NCBI GenBank assembly: GCA_963845565.1
Contig: CAWJSJ010000002.1
Span: 2,176,001-2,240,000, forward strand
From: an uncultured Methylomirabilota bacterium
GTDB taxonomy: Bacteria; Methylomirabilota; Methylomirabilia; Methylomirabilales; 2-02-FULL-66-22
Direction of reading: 5' to 3'
Length of the DNA: 64,000 bases
Of the stretch, positions 21,517-30,673 are shown one piece after another; within the stretch, counting starts at the first letter, position 1, and every line of letters begins with the position of its first letter. Position numbers and translations under genes: made by a program. The notes below the pieces were generated by a model. That model saw only the letters and a list, made by a program, of their open reading frames with translations, searched no databases and was not told the origin of the DNA.

Positions 21517-22353
21517 CTACCCCTTCAATCCCGTCATCGCTATGCCCCGGATCATGTACTTCTGGGAAACGACGTAGGCCACGAGCATGGGCGCCGTGGT
21601 GATGAGCGTGGCCGCCATCAAGGGCCCATAATTGATGTTGCCGTAGGGGTCCTTGAAGAGGGCGATGGCCACCGGGAGAGTCCGCAGGTCTGCCGAGTTG
21701 ATGACGATGACCGGCCAGAGAAAATCGTTCCAGGAGCCCAGGAACAATATCATGGCCACGGTGGCGACCGTCGTTTTGATGAGGGGCGCGATGATCGTGA
21801 GTACAATGCGCATCTCGCCGGCTCCGTCGATCCGAGCTGCCTCGATGACGTCCACTGGGATTTGCTTGATCCCCTGGCGGAGCATGAAGACCCCGAAAGC
21901 ACTGGCAAAATTGGGCGCCAGGATGCCGAGGAACGTGTCCACCCAGCCGATCTTGGAGAGTTGGATATACAGGGCCACCGAGGTGACCTGGACCGGCACC
22001 ATCAGGGTCCCCAGGATGAGCAGGAAGAAGACGTTCTGCAAGGGGAAGCGATACACGGCGAACGCGTATCCAGCGAACAGGCCGAAGAGGAGGGAGCAAC
22101 TCACCGATCCGACCGCGACGACGAAGCTATTCCAGTAGTAGGTCAGCCAGGGCGCCTTGGCGAAGGCCACGACGAAATGTTCCAGGGTCAGGGTGGTTGG
22201 AATCCACTTGGGAGGGAAGGAGAGGATGTCGGGCGCGGGCATCAAGGCGGTGATGATCATCCAGTAGAACGGCAGGATCATGAGCGCCGCCACCGCGCCG
22301 ACCACGAGGTACAGGCTCAACCTTCCCACTGGCACCAGGACGGAGCGGAGCAT
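21517..22353 (-). CDS. Carbohydrate ABC transporter permease (MalG-like)
   Basis: VIEAARIDGA, WNDFLWP; start placed after the GAGGGGAG RBS. Confidence 0.92.
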   Translation of the reverse strand: MLRSVLVPVGRLSLYLVVGAVAALMILPFYWMIITALMPAPDILSFPPKWIPTTLTLEHFVVAFAKAPWLTYYWNSFVVAVGSVSCSLLFGLFAGYAFAVYRFPLQNVFFLLILGTLMVPVQVTSVALYIQLSKIGWVDTFLGILAPNFASAFGVFMLRQGIKQIPVDVIEAARIDGAGEMRIVLTIIAPLIKTTVATVAMILFLGSWNDFLWPVIVINSADLRTLPVAIALFKDPYGNINYGPLMAATLITTAPMLVAYVVSQKYMIRGIAMTGLKG

Positions 22354-22367
22354 CTCCCCTCTCTCTA

Positions 22368-22469
22368 AGCCGTTGTCAAAGAATAACTTGACCGGAGAAA
22401 TTCCGGGAACGGCAAAAGGAGCCGTACCGAAATTACAAAAAATGGACAAGCGATTTCGTAACGGCTCCT
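22368..22469. repeat. Dispersed element family B, copy 1 (MITE-like)
   Basis: Highly similar to 63821..63922 and, in part, to 60396..60440; ends AGCCGTT…AACGGCT. Confidence 0.8.
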
Positions 22470-23385
22470 AATAGGCGACCTCGTACCGTTTACTGTAGTA
22501 GTACTGCAGGAGTGTGACGGCCAAGATGAACAGGAAGAGCACCATCGCCTCGGCAGCGGCATATCCGAAGTTGTACCGCTCGAAGGCCTGCCGGTAGAGG
22601 TCCAGCACGACGACGTTGGTGGAACCGGCCGGTCCGCCCCCCGTCAGGACGAAGACCTGGTCGAAGACCTGGAGCGCCAAGATGGTATCGTAGATCAGGA
22701 TGAAGGTGGTGGTGGGAGCGAGGAGCGGGATCGTGACGTGCCGGAATCGCTTCAGGGGACCGGCCCCGTCGATGGTGGCGGCCTCGTAGAACTGCGGCGG
22801 GATGGCCTGGAGTCCCGCCAGGTAGATGATCATGTTGTAGCCCAGATTCTTCCAGACGCTGAAGATGATGATGGAGGTCAGCGCCATGTGGCTGGACATC
22901 AGCCAGGGCTGTTCCGGAAGGTGGGCCAGCTTGAGCAGGACGTTGAAGATGCCGAACTGCGGGTTGTACATCCACCACCAGACCATGGCTGCGGCCACGG
23001 TGCTGGTGACCATCGGGGAGAAGTACACCGCCTTGAAGAACTCCTTGAGGTGAAACTTCGCGTTGAACAGGACCGCGAGAAGCAACCCCAGGAAGGCCGA
23101 GATGGGCACGATGGTGATGACATAGGTCAGCGTGTTGACGGTCGCCCTGCGGAAGGTCTCGTCTTCGAATAGGGAGTAGAAGTTCTCCAGCCCGATGAAT
23201 GTGAACCGGTCCCTGAGCAGTTCCACCTTGTAGAAGCTGTAGAGAAGCGTCTGGACCGACGGCCAGACGCGGAAGAGCCCGAAGAGGATGATGACCGGAG
23301 CGATGAACAGGTAGGCGTGGAGGATGTGCCGGGCGTGGAGCCGCGCCAGGACTTGCCGGAGGGATCGTCTGCGCTCGCTGATCAC
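22468..23385 (-). CDS. Carbohydrate ABC transporter permease (MalF-like)
   Basis: FIGLENF, FYEAATIDGAG, TGGGP. Confidence 0.93.
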   Translation of the reverse strand: MISERRRSLRQVLARLHARHILHAYLFIAPVIILFGLFRVWPSVQTLLYSFYKVELLRDRFTFIGLENFYSLFEDETFRRATVNTLTYVITIVPISAFLGLLLAVLFNAKFHLKEFFKAVYFSPMVTSTVAAAMVWWWMYNPQFGIFNVLLKLAHLPEQPWLMSSHMALTSIIIFSVWKNLGYNMIIYLAGLQAIPPQFYEAATIDGAGPLKRFRHVTIPLLAPTTTFILIYDTILALQVFDQVFVLTGGGPAGSTNVVVLDLYRQAFERYNFGYAAAEAMVLFLFILAVTLLQYYYSKRYEVAY

Positions 23386-23477
23386 GCCGCCCTCTGCCGT
23401 TTACGGATCCGGTGACGAGAGAACCGCCCCACGGGGGTGCCCCCGTGGGGCGGCGGCCGGTGGATTGGTTGCGGTTA

Positions 23478-24771
23478 TTACTTGGCGGCGTCGGCGATGG
23501 CCTTGTTCGCCTGACGCTCGGCCTCGGCCAGGGCTGCGTCCACGGAGGCCTCGTGGTGCCAGACCTTCTGGATGGCGTTTCCCGTGGCGTCCATGATCCC
23601 GTTGAAGCCCAGGTTGATGGGGAGCTTGGTCCCATAGGGGTAGAGCTGCTTCAGCCCCTGATTGTATGCGTCGGACTTGAACGGCTCTTTCTCCCAGTTC
23701 GCCTTGTAGCGCGGTGAGGCGCCGTACTTCTTGCAGAGCTCGTAGTCCTTCTCGGGGCTGTTCAGCCACTCGATCAGCTTCCAGGCGTCGGCCTTGTTCT
23801 TGGCCTGCTTCGGGACCGAGTACAGCCAGCCGCCCAGATTGGTGGCCGGCTTGTCGCCCGCCTTCGGCACCGGCGGGAGGGCCATGCCCCACTTGAGGTC
23901 CGGGGCTTCCTTCGGCTGCGCGCGCCCTGATGCTGACCGTCTCGCTGATCTGCATCGAGGCGATGCCTTTCAGGAAGGCCGCGCGCGGGTCCGGGAAGTT
24001 CAGGCTGGTGGACTTGTCCACGTCCAGCATGTCCAGGACGAGCTGGAGGGCCGCCTTGCCCCCCGGCGTGTTGACCATGTACTTGCCGCCACGCAGAGCG
24101 AGCGGAGTGTCAATCAGCGCGGCCCCCGCCCCGTAGATCGCCCAGAAGTGCTTGTGGACGATGCCGTGGGGCTGGCCGACGTGCCGGATGGCGTAGCCGA
24201 CCCGCGTGATGTTGCCCTGGGCGTCCCGCTTGGTGAGCTTCTTGGCGTAGTCCCGGAACTCATCCCAGGTCTTGGGCGGCTTCTCGGGGTCCAGGCCGGC
24301 CTCCTTGAATTGGTCCTTGTTCCAGGTCAGGCCGTAGACGTCGATGCCGTACTGAGTGTAGCCCCACATCCGGCCCTTGCCGTAGTCGGACAGCGTCCGG
24401 ATCTCGGGCGATACGGCGTCCAGCCACGCCTTGGCTTTGGCGTCCGCCACCGGTTCCAGCATCTCCTCTTTCAGGAAGCCGGGGGCCCAGGAATCGTCGA
24501 TGAACAGGATATCGGCGATGTTCTTCCCGGCCGCCGCGGCGAAGATCTTCTGCTGCATGGTGTCGTAGTCGAGGGCGACGGCCTCGACCTTGACGTTGTT
24601 CTTTTTTTCGTACTCGGCGAAGAGCGCCTTGTCGGCGAAATGGGCGGCGCCGGCCGTGATGTCGCCGGCAGGATACCAGAGGGTGATCTTCTTGGCTGCA
24701 CCGGCCAGGACAATCGCCGGGGTGAGGAAGAGCAGGGCGAGAGCAACTGCGAGTACGCGTGATCGTCGCAT
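23478..24771 (-). CDS. Carbohydrate ABC substrate-binding protein; frameshift near 23920
   Basis: Signal peptide after a GGAGGAGG RBS; WNKDQFKEAGLDPEKPPKTWDEF. The C-terminus is in the 23478..23885 frame. Confidence 0.88.
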
Positions 24772-25143
24772 GGGTCGAATCCTCCTCCGTGAAGGTGGTC
24801 GGATTCCAGAGGAATACGGGTCGGTCATCGCCGACCGCTTGCGCCGTTGGCGGGCCATCCCTCCTTTCGGGGCTGCGGGATTCGGAGCGAACAGATTGTC
24901 GGCCATTGGATTATCCTCCTCGGCATCTGCCGAGGTCAAGCGCAACCTGCGCGCGGAAATGACCGGTCCCATGTTCTTTTTTCCACGCCTTTCGGCGGGT
25001 TAGTCTTGCGCGCGCGTCCGCGAGGGGGTAAAGTCCGACAACCTTCGAGACGCTCTCGCCCAGGGGGTGGCGGTAGCGATCCGACCGGGACCGCCCGGCG
25101 GTGCGACATACAAACACGTGGCACACGTGGAGGAGGAGACGAG

Positions 25144-27033
25144 ATGCAGGGCGCATTCAACGGCAAGTATCTGCGAGTGGATCTGACCCAGGGGACCACG
25201 TCGGTGGAGCAGTTCCCCGAACTCGATTACCGTCTGTTCATGGGTGGCGCGGCCATGGCGGCGGCGATCCTGATGAAAGAGTTGAAGCCGGGCGTCGACC
25301 CGCTCGGTCCGGATAATGTCATGGTCATCTCCACCTGTCCGCTGAACGGGATCCCGCTCTCCGGCACCAACCGCTTCACGGTGGCCGCCAAGTCGCCGCT
25401 CACCGGCGGCTACGGCGAGGGCGAGGCCGGCGGCTGGTGGGGGCCGGAGCTGAAGTTCGCCGGCTTCGACGGCATCATCGTGACCGGCCAGTCGCCCAAG
25501 CCGGTGTACCTCTGGATCACCGACGGCAAGGCGGAGCTGCGCGATGCCGCGCATATCTGGGGGAAGATCTCGGGCGAGGTGCAGGACATCCTGGTGGCCG
25601 AGACCGAAAAGCGGGCCCGCGTGCTGCAGTGCGGGATCGCCGGCGAGAAGGGCTGCCTGCACGCCAACATCGTGAACGAGCTCAAGCACTTCAACGGCCG
25701 GTCGGGCCTCGGGGCCGTGATGGCCAGCAAGAAGCTGCGCGCCATCGTGGTTCGCGGGAAGGACAAGCTGGAGCCCAAGAATAAGGAGGGGCTGCAGGCG
25801 GTCGTGAAGTGGATGCGCGAGCACTACGACCGCGAGAAGGACATGCTGCACAAGTACGGCACCTCCCGGAACGTGGTGGCCATGAGCGCCGACGGGATCC
25901 TGCCCACCCGGAACTTCCGCGAGGGGCAGTTCGAGGAGGCCAAGGCGATCAGCGGCCAGACCATGGCCGAGACGATCCTGACGGACGAAGGCACCTGTTA
26001 CGCCTGCGCCATCGCGTGCAAGCGCGACGTGGACGTCCCCGAGCTGGGCGTGACGTCGAAGTACGGCGGGCCGGAGTACGAGACCATCGCGTCCAGCGGG
26101 TCGGTGTGCGGGATCGGCGACCTGAAGGCCATCGCCAAGTTCCACCAGATCTGCGGCGAGTACGTGATGGACACCATCTCCGTCGGCATGACGATCTCGT
26201 TCGCGATGGAGTGCTTCGAGAAGGGGATTCTGACCACCAAGGACACCGATGGGATCGAGCTCAAGTTCGGCAACGCCGACGCGCTGATCGCCATGACCGA
26301 GAAGATCGGCAAGCGCGAAGGGTTCGGGGACATCCTGGCGCTGGGAGCCGAGCGGGCCGCCCAGAAGATCGGCCGCGGGGCCGAGCAGTACGTCCTGACG
26401 GTCAAGAAGCAGGAGATCCCCATGCACGAGCCGCGGGGAAAGCAGGGCCTGTCCTTGGCCTACGCCACCGCCCCGGCCGGCGCCGACCACATGCGCGCGC
26501 CGCACGATCCGATCTACGAGGGCTTCCACCCCGGCGGCGCCCACGCGCTGGAGCCGATGGGCTTGGCCGAGTCCATGAAGCGGCTGGAGCTGTCGCCGCG
26601 CAAGGTGCGCGCCTTCACCTACGCCAGCCACTGGTGGTCGCTGTGTAGCTGCGTGGGGGTGTGCCATCTGGCCGCGGCGCCGATCGACGCCGTGGGCGTG
26701 ACCCTGGTGACCAACGCCATGCGGGCCGTCACCGGCTGGGACACCAGCCTGTGGGAGCTGGTGAAGGTGGGCGAGCGCGCCAAGGCGCTGGCCCGCGCCA
26801 TCAACTGCCGCGAGGGTTTCACCGCCAAGGACGATCGGCTGCCCAAGCGGCTGCACGAGGCCTTCGCCGACGGCCCGCTGAAGGGGGTCCGCGTGGATCC
26901 CGAGATGTTCGGTCGAGCGCTCCGGCTCTATCATCAGATGGAGGGCTGGGACACGGAGAGCGGCTGGCCGACGTTCGCCAAGCTGGCCGAGCTGGGGATC
27001 GAGTGGGCGGCTAAGCCCGGCGATTCCTGGTAG
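25144..27033 (+). CDS. aor: Aldehyde:ferredoxin oxidoreductase (tungsto/molybdopterin AOR family)
   Basis: LRVDLT, KSPLTGG, GRSGLGAVMASKKLRA, CYACAIAC, GPEYET, MDTISVG, GADH. Confidence 0.95.
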   Translation: MQGAFNGKYLRVDLTQGTTSVEQFPELDYRLFMGGAAMAAAILMKELKPGVDPLGPDNVMVISTCPLNGIPLSGTNRFTVAAKSPLTGGYGEGEAGGWWGPELKFAGFDGIIVTGQSPKPVYLWITDGKAELRDAAHIWGKISGEVQDILVAETEKRARVLQCGIAGEKGCLHANIVNELKHFNGRSGLGAVMASKKLRAIVVRGKDKLEPKNKEGLQAVVKWMREHYDREKDMLHKYGTSRNVVAMSADGILPTRNFREGQFEEAKAISGQTMAETILTDEGTCYACAIACKRDVDVPELGVTSKYGGPEYETIASSGSVCGIGDLKAIAKFHQICGEYVMDTISVGMTISFAMECFEKGILTTKDTDGIELKFGNADALIAMTEKIGKREGFGDILALGAERAAQKIGRGAEQYVLTVKKQEIPMHEPRGKQGLSLAYATAPAGADHMRAPHDPIYEGFHPGGAHALEPMGLAESMKRLELSPRKVRAFTYASHWWSLCSCVGVCHLAAAPIDAVGVTLVTNAMRAVTGWDTSLWELVKVGERAKALARAINCREGFTAKDDRLPKRLHEAFADGPLKGVRVDPEMFGRALRLYHQMEGWDTESGWPTFAKLAELGIEWAAKPGDSW

Positions 27034-27038
27034 ACCAA

Positions 27039-27163
27039 CAGGCTGCTGAAACAGGCCCATCTGCGGCGTTGGCTCACCTCGCCATTCGCTGCGGCGTACC
27101 TCCAGTACGCCTCGCTCGGGCTTCAGCGTGCCGCCTTGCATCTGGCCCTTTTTGAGCAGCCTG
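27039..27163. mobile_element. MITE-like element family A, copy 1
   Basis: Terminal inverted repeats CAGGCTGCTGAAACAGG / CCTTTTTGAGCAGCCTG, shared with 28096..28200 and 39344..39506. Confidence 0.75.
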
Positions 27164-27300
27164 AGCAAGAAGAGGTTGTCCGGCATCGGTCGGGTTTGTC
27201 CGAAGATTTCCAGGGGCGAACGGATTCAAGATTGGGGGAAATCCGGGGACGAATCTGTGTAATCTGTGGTTGAAGCCTGTGTCCAACGAGAGGGGTTTCC

Positions 27301-28095
27301 ATGCGACTGGCCGGCAAGGTGGCCATTGTGACGGGAGGCGCGCAGGGGATCGGGCGCGGGATCGTGCTGTGCATGGCCAAGGAGGGCGCCGACATCGCTA
27401 TTGCCGACCTGAAGGTCGAGGGGGCAAAGCAAGTCGCCGACGAGGTCGCCGCACTGGGCCGGAAGGCTATCGCGGTCAAGACCGACGTGACCAGGCAGGC
27501 CGACTTCGCGGCCTGCTACGAGCGGGTCAAGAAAGAGTTGGGGCGGATCGACATCCTCGTCAACAACGCCGGGACGGCCTGTCAGCCGGGTAACCCTTTC
27601 ACGAAGAACGTGGAGGAGGACTGGGATCAGGTCTGGGCGGTGAACGTGAAGTCGATCTTCTTCGCCTGTAAGGCCATCGCGCCGTACTTCATCGAGCGCA
27701 AGTCCGGCAAGATCGTGAACATCGCGTCCATCGCCGGGACCATGAACTCGCCGAACATGCCGCCGTACAGCGTCTCCAAGATGGGGGTGGTGACGTTCAC
27801 CAAGATCGTGGCCAAGGAAATGGCTCAACACAACGTCAACGTGAACGCCATCTGCCCCGGCATCTTGTGGACGCAGTTCTGGCAGGAGACGGGGGAGCGG
27901 CTGGCGAAGGCCGGCGGACCCTTCGCGGGCATGGCACCGCGCGAGGTGTTCGAGAACCGGGTGAACGCCATCATCCCCATGAAGCGTGAGCAGACGCCGG
28001 AAGACATCGGAAACGCGGCAGTGTTTCTCGCGTCCGATGAAGCCCGCAACATCACGGGCCAGGCCCTGCACGTGGATGGCGGCGTGGTGATGTAG
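27301..28095 (+). CDS. Short-chain dehydrogenase/reductase (SDR)
   Basis: TGGAQGIG, NNAG, YSVSK, NAICPG, ITGQALHVDGG. Confidence 0.95.
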   Translation: MRLAGKVAIVTGGAQGIGRGIVLCMAKEGADIAIADLKVEGAKQVADEVAALGRKAIAVKTDVTRQADFAACYERVKKELGRIDILVNNAGTACQPGNPFTKNVEEDWDQVWAVNVKSIFFACKAIAPYFIERKSGKIVNIASIAGTMNSPNMPPYSVSKMGVVTFTKIVAKEMAQHNVNVNAICPGILWTQFWQETGERLAKAGGPFAGMAPREVFENRVNAIIPMKREQTPEDIGNAAVFLASDEARNITGQALHVDGGVVM

Positions 28096-28200
28096 CAGGC
28101 CGCTGAAAAGGCCCACGTAGTTGACAAATTCGAAATTCGAATTTCGAAGTTCGAAATTGAGGCACGACCGCCTTGCATCTGGACCTTTTTGAGCAGCCTG
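28096..28200. mobile_element. MITE-like element family A, copy 2 (interior is an AATTCGA-type heptamer repeat)
   Basis: Same ends as copies 1 and 3; begins immediately after the SDR TAG stop. Confidence 0.72.
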
Positions 28201-28320
28201 CGGGAAACGGCTTTCCGGCAGCGTGGTAGAACGAGACGTGAGACAAGATTAGACATGATGGAGCGGGGTTCCGGGTGTTTCGGAACCCCGTTGCCGTTTT
28301 GGGAGCGAGAGGAGATGGTC

Positions 28321-28821
28321 ATGGCGACACGTGAGGAACTGATCGGGCGGGCCGGGGAGTTGGCTCATCACAACGAGATGACGTTTCTTGGGTGAACGCA
28401 GGCCGTGCTTGCAGCTTTGCAAGCCAGCATCGGCGGGATCGATCAATCGGTGTTCAAGGCCGGGACCTGTCTGTCCGGCGGTGTGGTCGGACGCGGCGAG
28501 ACCTGCGGGGCGCTCACCGGCGGCCTGATGGCCATCGGCAGCGAGGTGGGGCGCGAGCGGCTGGAAGACACGCCGCAACTCAAGAAGGCGCGCGTCCCCG
28601 GCACCGAGATGTATCTTCGGTTTCAAGAAGAGAACGGTCACACGCAATGCGCCGAGATCCATAAACTGAAGTTCGGCCGCACCTACCGCCTGTACGATCC
28701 GGAGGACTTGAAGGCGTTCCACGAGATCGGCGGTCACGGCCCCGAGGGCTGCCCCGTGGTCTGCCAGAGCGCCGCCCGGATCGCCGCCGACATCATCCTG
28801 CGGCTGCGGGAGGTGGGGTAA
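28321..28821 (+). CDS. C-GCAxxG-C-C family putative redox selenoprotein (Sec at TGA 28393-28395)
   Basis: GAGGAG RBS then MATREELIG…TFLG-TGA-TQAVLAAL, in frame with ETCGALTGG, QCAEI and GCPVVC. The TGA sits where the family's first Cys (CxQAV) is expected, with a downstream hairpin. Confidence 0.85.
28396..28424 (+). promoter_or_regulatory. Putative bacterial SECIS element
   Basis: GCTTGCA-GCTT-TGCAAGC stem-loop; the apical loop starts with G and is separated from the UGA by 18 nt. Confidence 0.65.
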
Positions 28822-28830
28822 GGAGCGGCA

Positions 28831-28852
28831 GGCCGACGGGTCTTCCGTCGGC
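28831..28852. terminator. GC hairpin between convergent genes
   Basis: GCCGACGG-GTCTT-CCGTCGGC, just after the selenoprotein stop. Confidence 0.45.
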
Positions 28853-28895
28853 GCAACACAACCGCAGGTCCCGCTCGGACGACCGTTCGTGGCCG

Positions 28896-28964
28896 GCCGA
28901 ACGCGTAACATGAGCTGCAGCCACCGGCTCGCCGGTGGCTGGCCGTTCGATGGAAAAGTTCGGT
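28896..28964 (-). other. Integron attC recombination site
   Basis: On the minus strand ACCGAAC…GTTCGGC. Central 10-bp perfect stem AGCCACCGGC/GCCGGTGGCT; L boxes with an extrahelical base; located just downstream of the antitoxin stop. Confidence 0.8.
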
Positions 28965-28992
28965 TTCGTCGAACAACGCAGATGCCGACGCT

Positions 28993-29310
28993 TCACGCAG
29001 CCTCTGCGTGCAGGCGCACGCCCAGCGCGCGTGCCACTTTGAGGATGGTTGCGAAGCTCGGATTGCCGCTCTCGCTCAGGGCCTTGTACAGGCTCTCCCG
29101 ACTCAGACCGGCATCCCGAGCGACCTGTGACATGCCCTTTGCGCGGGCGATGTCGCCGAGCGCGCGGGCGATGCCCGCCACGTCGTCGGGGGCTTCGGTG
29201 AGCCAGGCATCGAGATACGCGGCCATCTCCTCAGGTGTTCGCAGTTGCTCGGCCACATCGTATGGCACGGTCTTGGTCTTCGCGGATGTCTTCGTTACGG
29301 TTTTTACCAT
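28993..29310 (-). CDS. Addiction-module antidote (HTH antitoxin, HigA-like)
   Basis: YDVAEQLRTPEEMAAYL, ALGDIARAKGMSQVARDAGLSRESLYKALS…GNPSFATILKV. Confidence 0.93.
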   Translation of the reverse strand: MVKTVTKTSAKTKTVPYDVAEQLRTPEEMAAYLDAWLTEAPDDVAGIARALGDIARAKGMSQVARDAGLSRESLYKALSESGNPSFATILKVARALGVRLHAEAA

Positions 29311-29322
29311 CTTGACCTACTC

Positions 29323-29610
29323 CTATAGGTTCCCGGCGAGCGCAGTGGCCTTCTTGATGTCCTGATCCTGTGTGGACTTATCGCCGCCCGCCAGAAGCAC
29401 AATGAGTTCGCTACCCCGCTCGGTGTAGTAGACTCGGTACCCGGGACCGAAGTCGATCTTCAGTTCGGACACGCCACCGGTCAGGTTCCGATGCTGGCCT
29501 GGGTTGCCATGGACCAGTCGATCGACCCGCACTTGGATGCGTGCGCGAGCTGCGCTATCCGTGAGAGTGTCGATCCAATCGCGGTAGACCTCGGTCATCC
29601 GGACGCGCAT
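29323..29610 (-). CDS. Addiction-module killer (RelE/HigB-like toxin)
   Basis: ARARIQVRVDRL..GNPG, GVSELKIDFGPGYRVYY, LLAGGDKSTQ. Confidence 0.93.
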   Translation of the reverse strand: MRVRMTEVYRDWIDTLTDSAARARIQVRVDRLVHGNPGQHRNLTGGVSELKIDFGPGYRVYYTERGSELIVLLAGGDKSTQDQDIKKATALAGNL

Positions 29611-29616
29611 GCGCAG

Positions 29617-29644
29617 AGTGTATCCTATACGCTACATATGTCAA
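29617..29644 (-). promoter_or_regulatory. Toxin-antitoxin promoter and operator (probably leaderless)
   Basis: TTGACA-N16-TACACT ends 6 nt before the ATG and overlaps the imperfect palindrome TGTAGCGTATAGGATACA. Confidence 0.7.
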
Positions 29645-29667
29645 GCTCTCGGTGTGCAGGGTTGAGG

Positions 29668-29828
29668 ACCGAACGTACTGCGGACTAGTAGGGGACCTTG
29701 CCAAGCAAGACAGTCCTGGCTGGCTTGGCTCTTGCCATGCCCCGTGACGCGGCATCACTGCGTCGGGCGCCTCGTCCAGAATCGGTACAAATCCATCGGA
29801 GGGCTGCCTGCGGATGCGTGTGTTAGTG
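29668..29828 (-). other. Degenerate long attC-like site
   Basis: CACTAAC a few nt after the mazF stop, and GTTCGGT at the far end. Internal pairing is weak. Confidence 0.5.
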
Positions 29829-29835
29829 CTCAGCC

Positions 29836-30171
29836 TCAGTAGATGCACGCATCGAGTATCGACAGCACTTCCTGCAGCACGGGTTCCGGCGCGTGTCCGA
29901 GGCGCTTCACGTTCCGAGACCGGAAGTCGATCGACTTGACCTGCTCGACGATGACAACGCTGGTAACGTCCTGCCCGTCAGGGATCGACACGTGGAAGGG
30001 GTAGTCGCGCCGAGTGTTGGTGATGGGGAAGGCGATGCAAAGACCCGTGTGCCGGTTGAACAGATCGTTGCTCACCACGAGAGCAGGCCGACGGCTGTGC
30101 TGCTCGTGACCGGACTGAGGGTCGGAGGTGACCGTGATGAAGTCCCCCTTGCGCGGGACGTAGGTCGCGAT
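29836..30171 (-). CDS. mazF: MazF/PemK toxin with ATC at the start position (possibly inactivated)
   Basis: (I)ATYVPRKGDFITVTSDPQSGHEQHSRRPALVVSN…PIT…EQVKSIDF. The frame begins right after the mazE TAG. Confidence 0.85.
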   Translation of the reverse strand: MATYVPRKGDFITVTSDPQSGHEQHSRRPALVVSNDLFNRHTGLCIAFPITNTRRDYPFHVSIPDGQDVTSVVIVEQVKSIDFRSRNVKRLGHAPEPVLQEVLSILDACIY

Positions 30172-30420
30172 CTACCAGACCTCCCGGCCAACCGGAGGCC
30201 TCCAGGCGAGCTGTTCAGGCTTGTAACCCTTGGGGATGCGGCTGACTAGCTGTCTGAGATCGCATCCGCCCCTGACGCGGCGAACGGGCGTGACGACGAG
30301 GGCCCCGTCGCGAAACGCCACGTGGACGGCATCCCCGACAGCGATCTCGGCGTCCACGAGCAGATCCTTGCTCAGGCGCACGCCCTGGCTGTTGCCCCAT
30401 TTCTGGACTTTGGTGATCAT
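30172..30420 (-). CDS. mazE: MazE/AbrB antitoxin
   Basis: MITKVQKWGNSQGVRL…PVGREVW; GGAGG RBS. Confidence 0.93.
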   Translation of the reverse strand: MITKVQKWGNSQGVRLSKDLLVDAEIAVGDAVHVAFRDGALVVTPVRRVRGGCDLRQLVSRIPKGYKPEQLAWRPPVGREVW

Positions 30421-30433
30421 GACTCCACCTCCA

Positions 30434-30474
30434 ATGGCTATCCGAAGTGTAGCCATCAATGCCATCTGGGGCAA
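30434..30474 (-). promoter_or_regulatory. mazEF promoter with operator
   Basis: TTGCCC-N17-TACACT overlapped by the inverted repeat ATGGCTA-N9-TAGCCAT. Confidence 0.65.
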
Positions 30475-30673
30475 GGTCGATTCCGCGAAGGAGTCGCGAA
30501 TCGTGTGGCGGCCCCGAAAGGCCGGAGGCCGGAGGCGTGCGTCTGCGGAGCGGATACGACTTCATCTTCTTCGCTCCCGGGTTTTGGGTTGACATGGGTC
30601 GCGCGATCAGCATACGCTTTCACCGCCGCAGCCATAGACGCCCTCGACTCAACACGAAACAAGGAGGTTTCGA

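Noticed and set aside
24780..25143. Moco/tungsten-cofactor riboswitch upstream of AOR
   Set aside because: I could not match the consensus by eye; an Infernal search would be needed.
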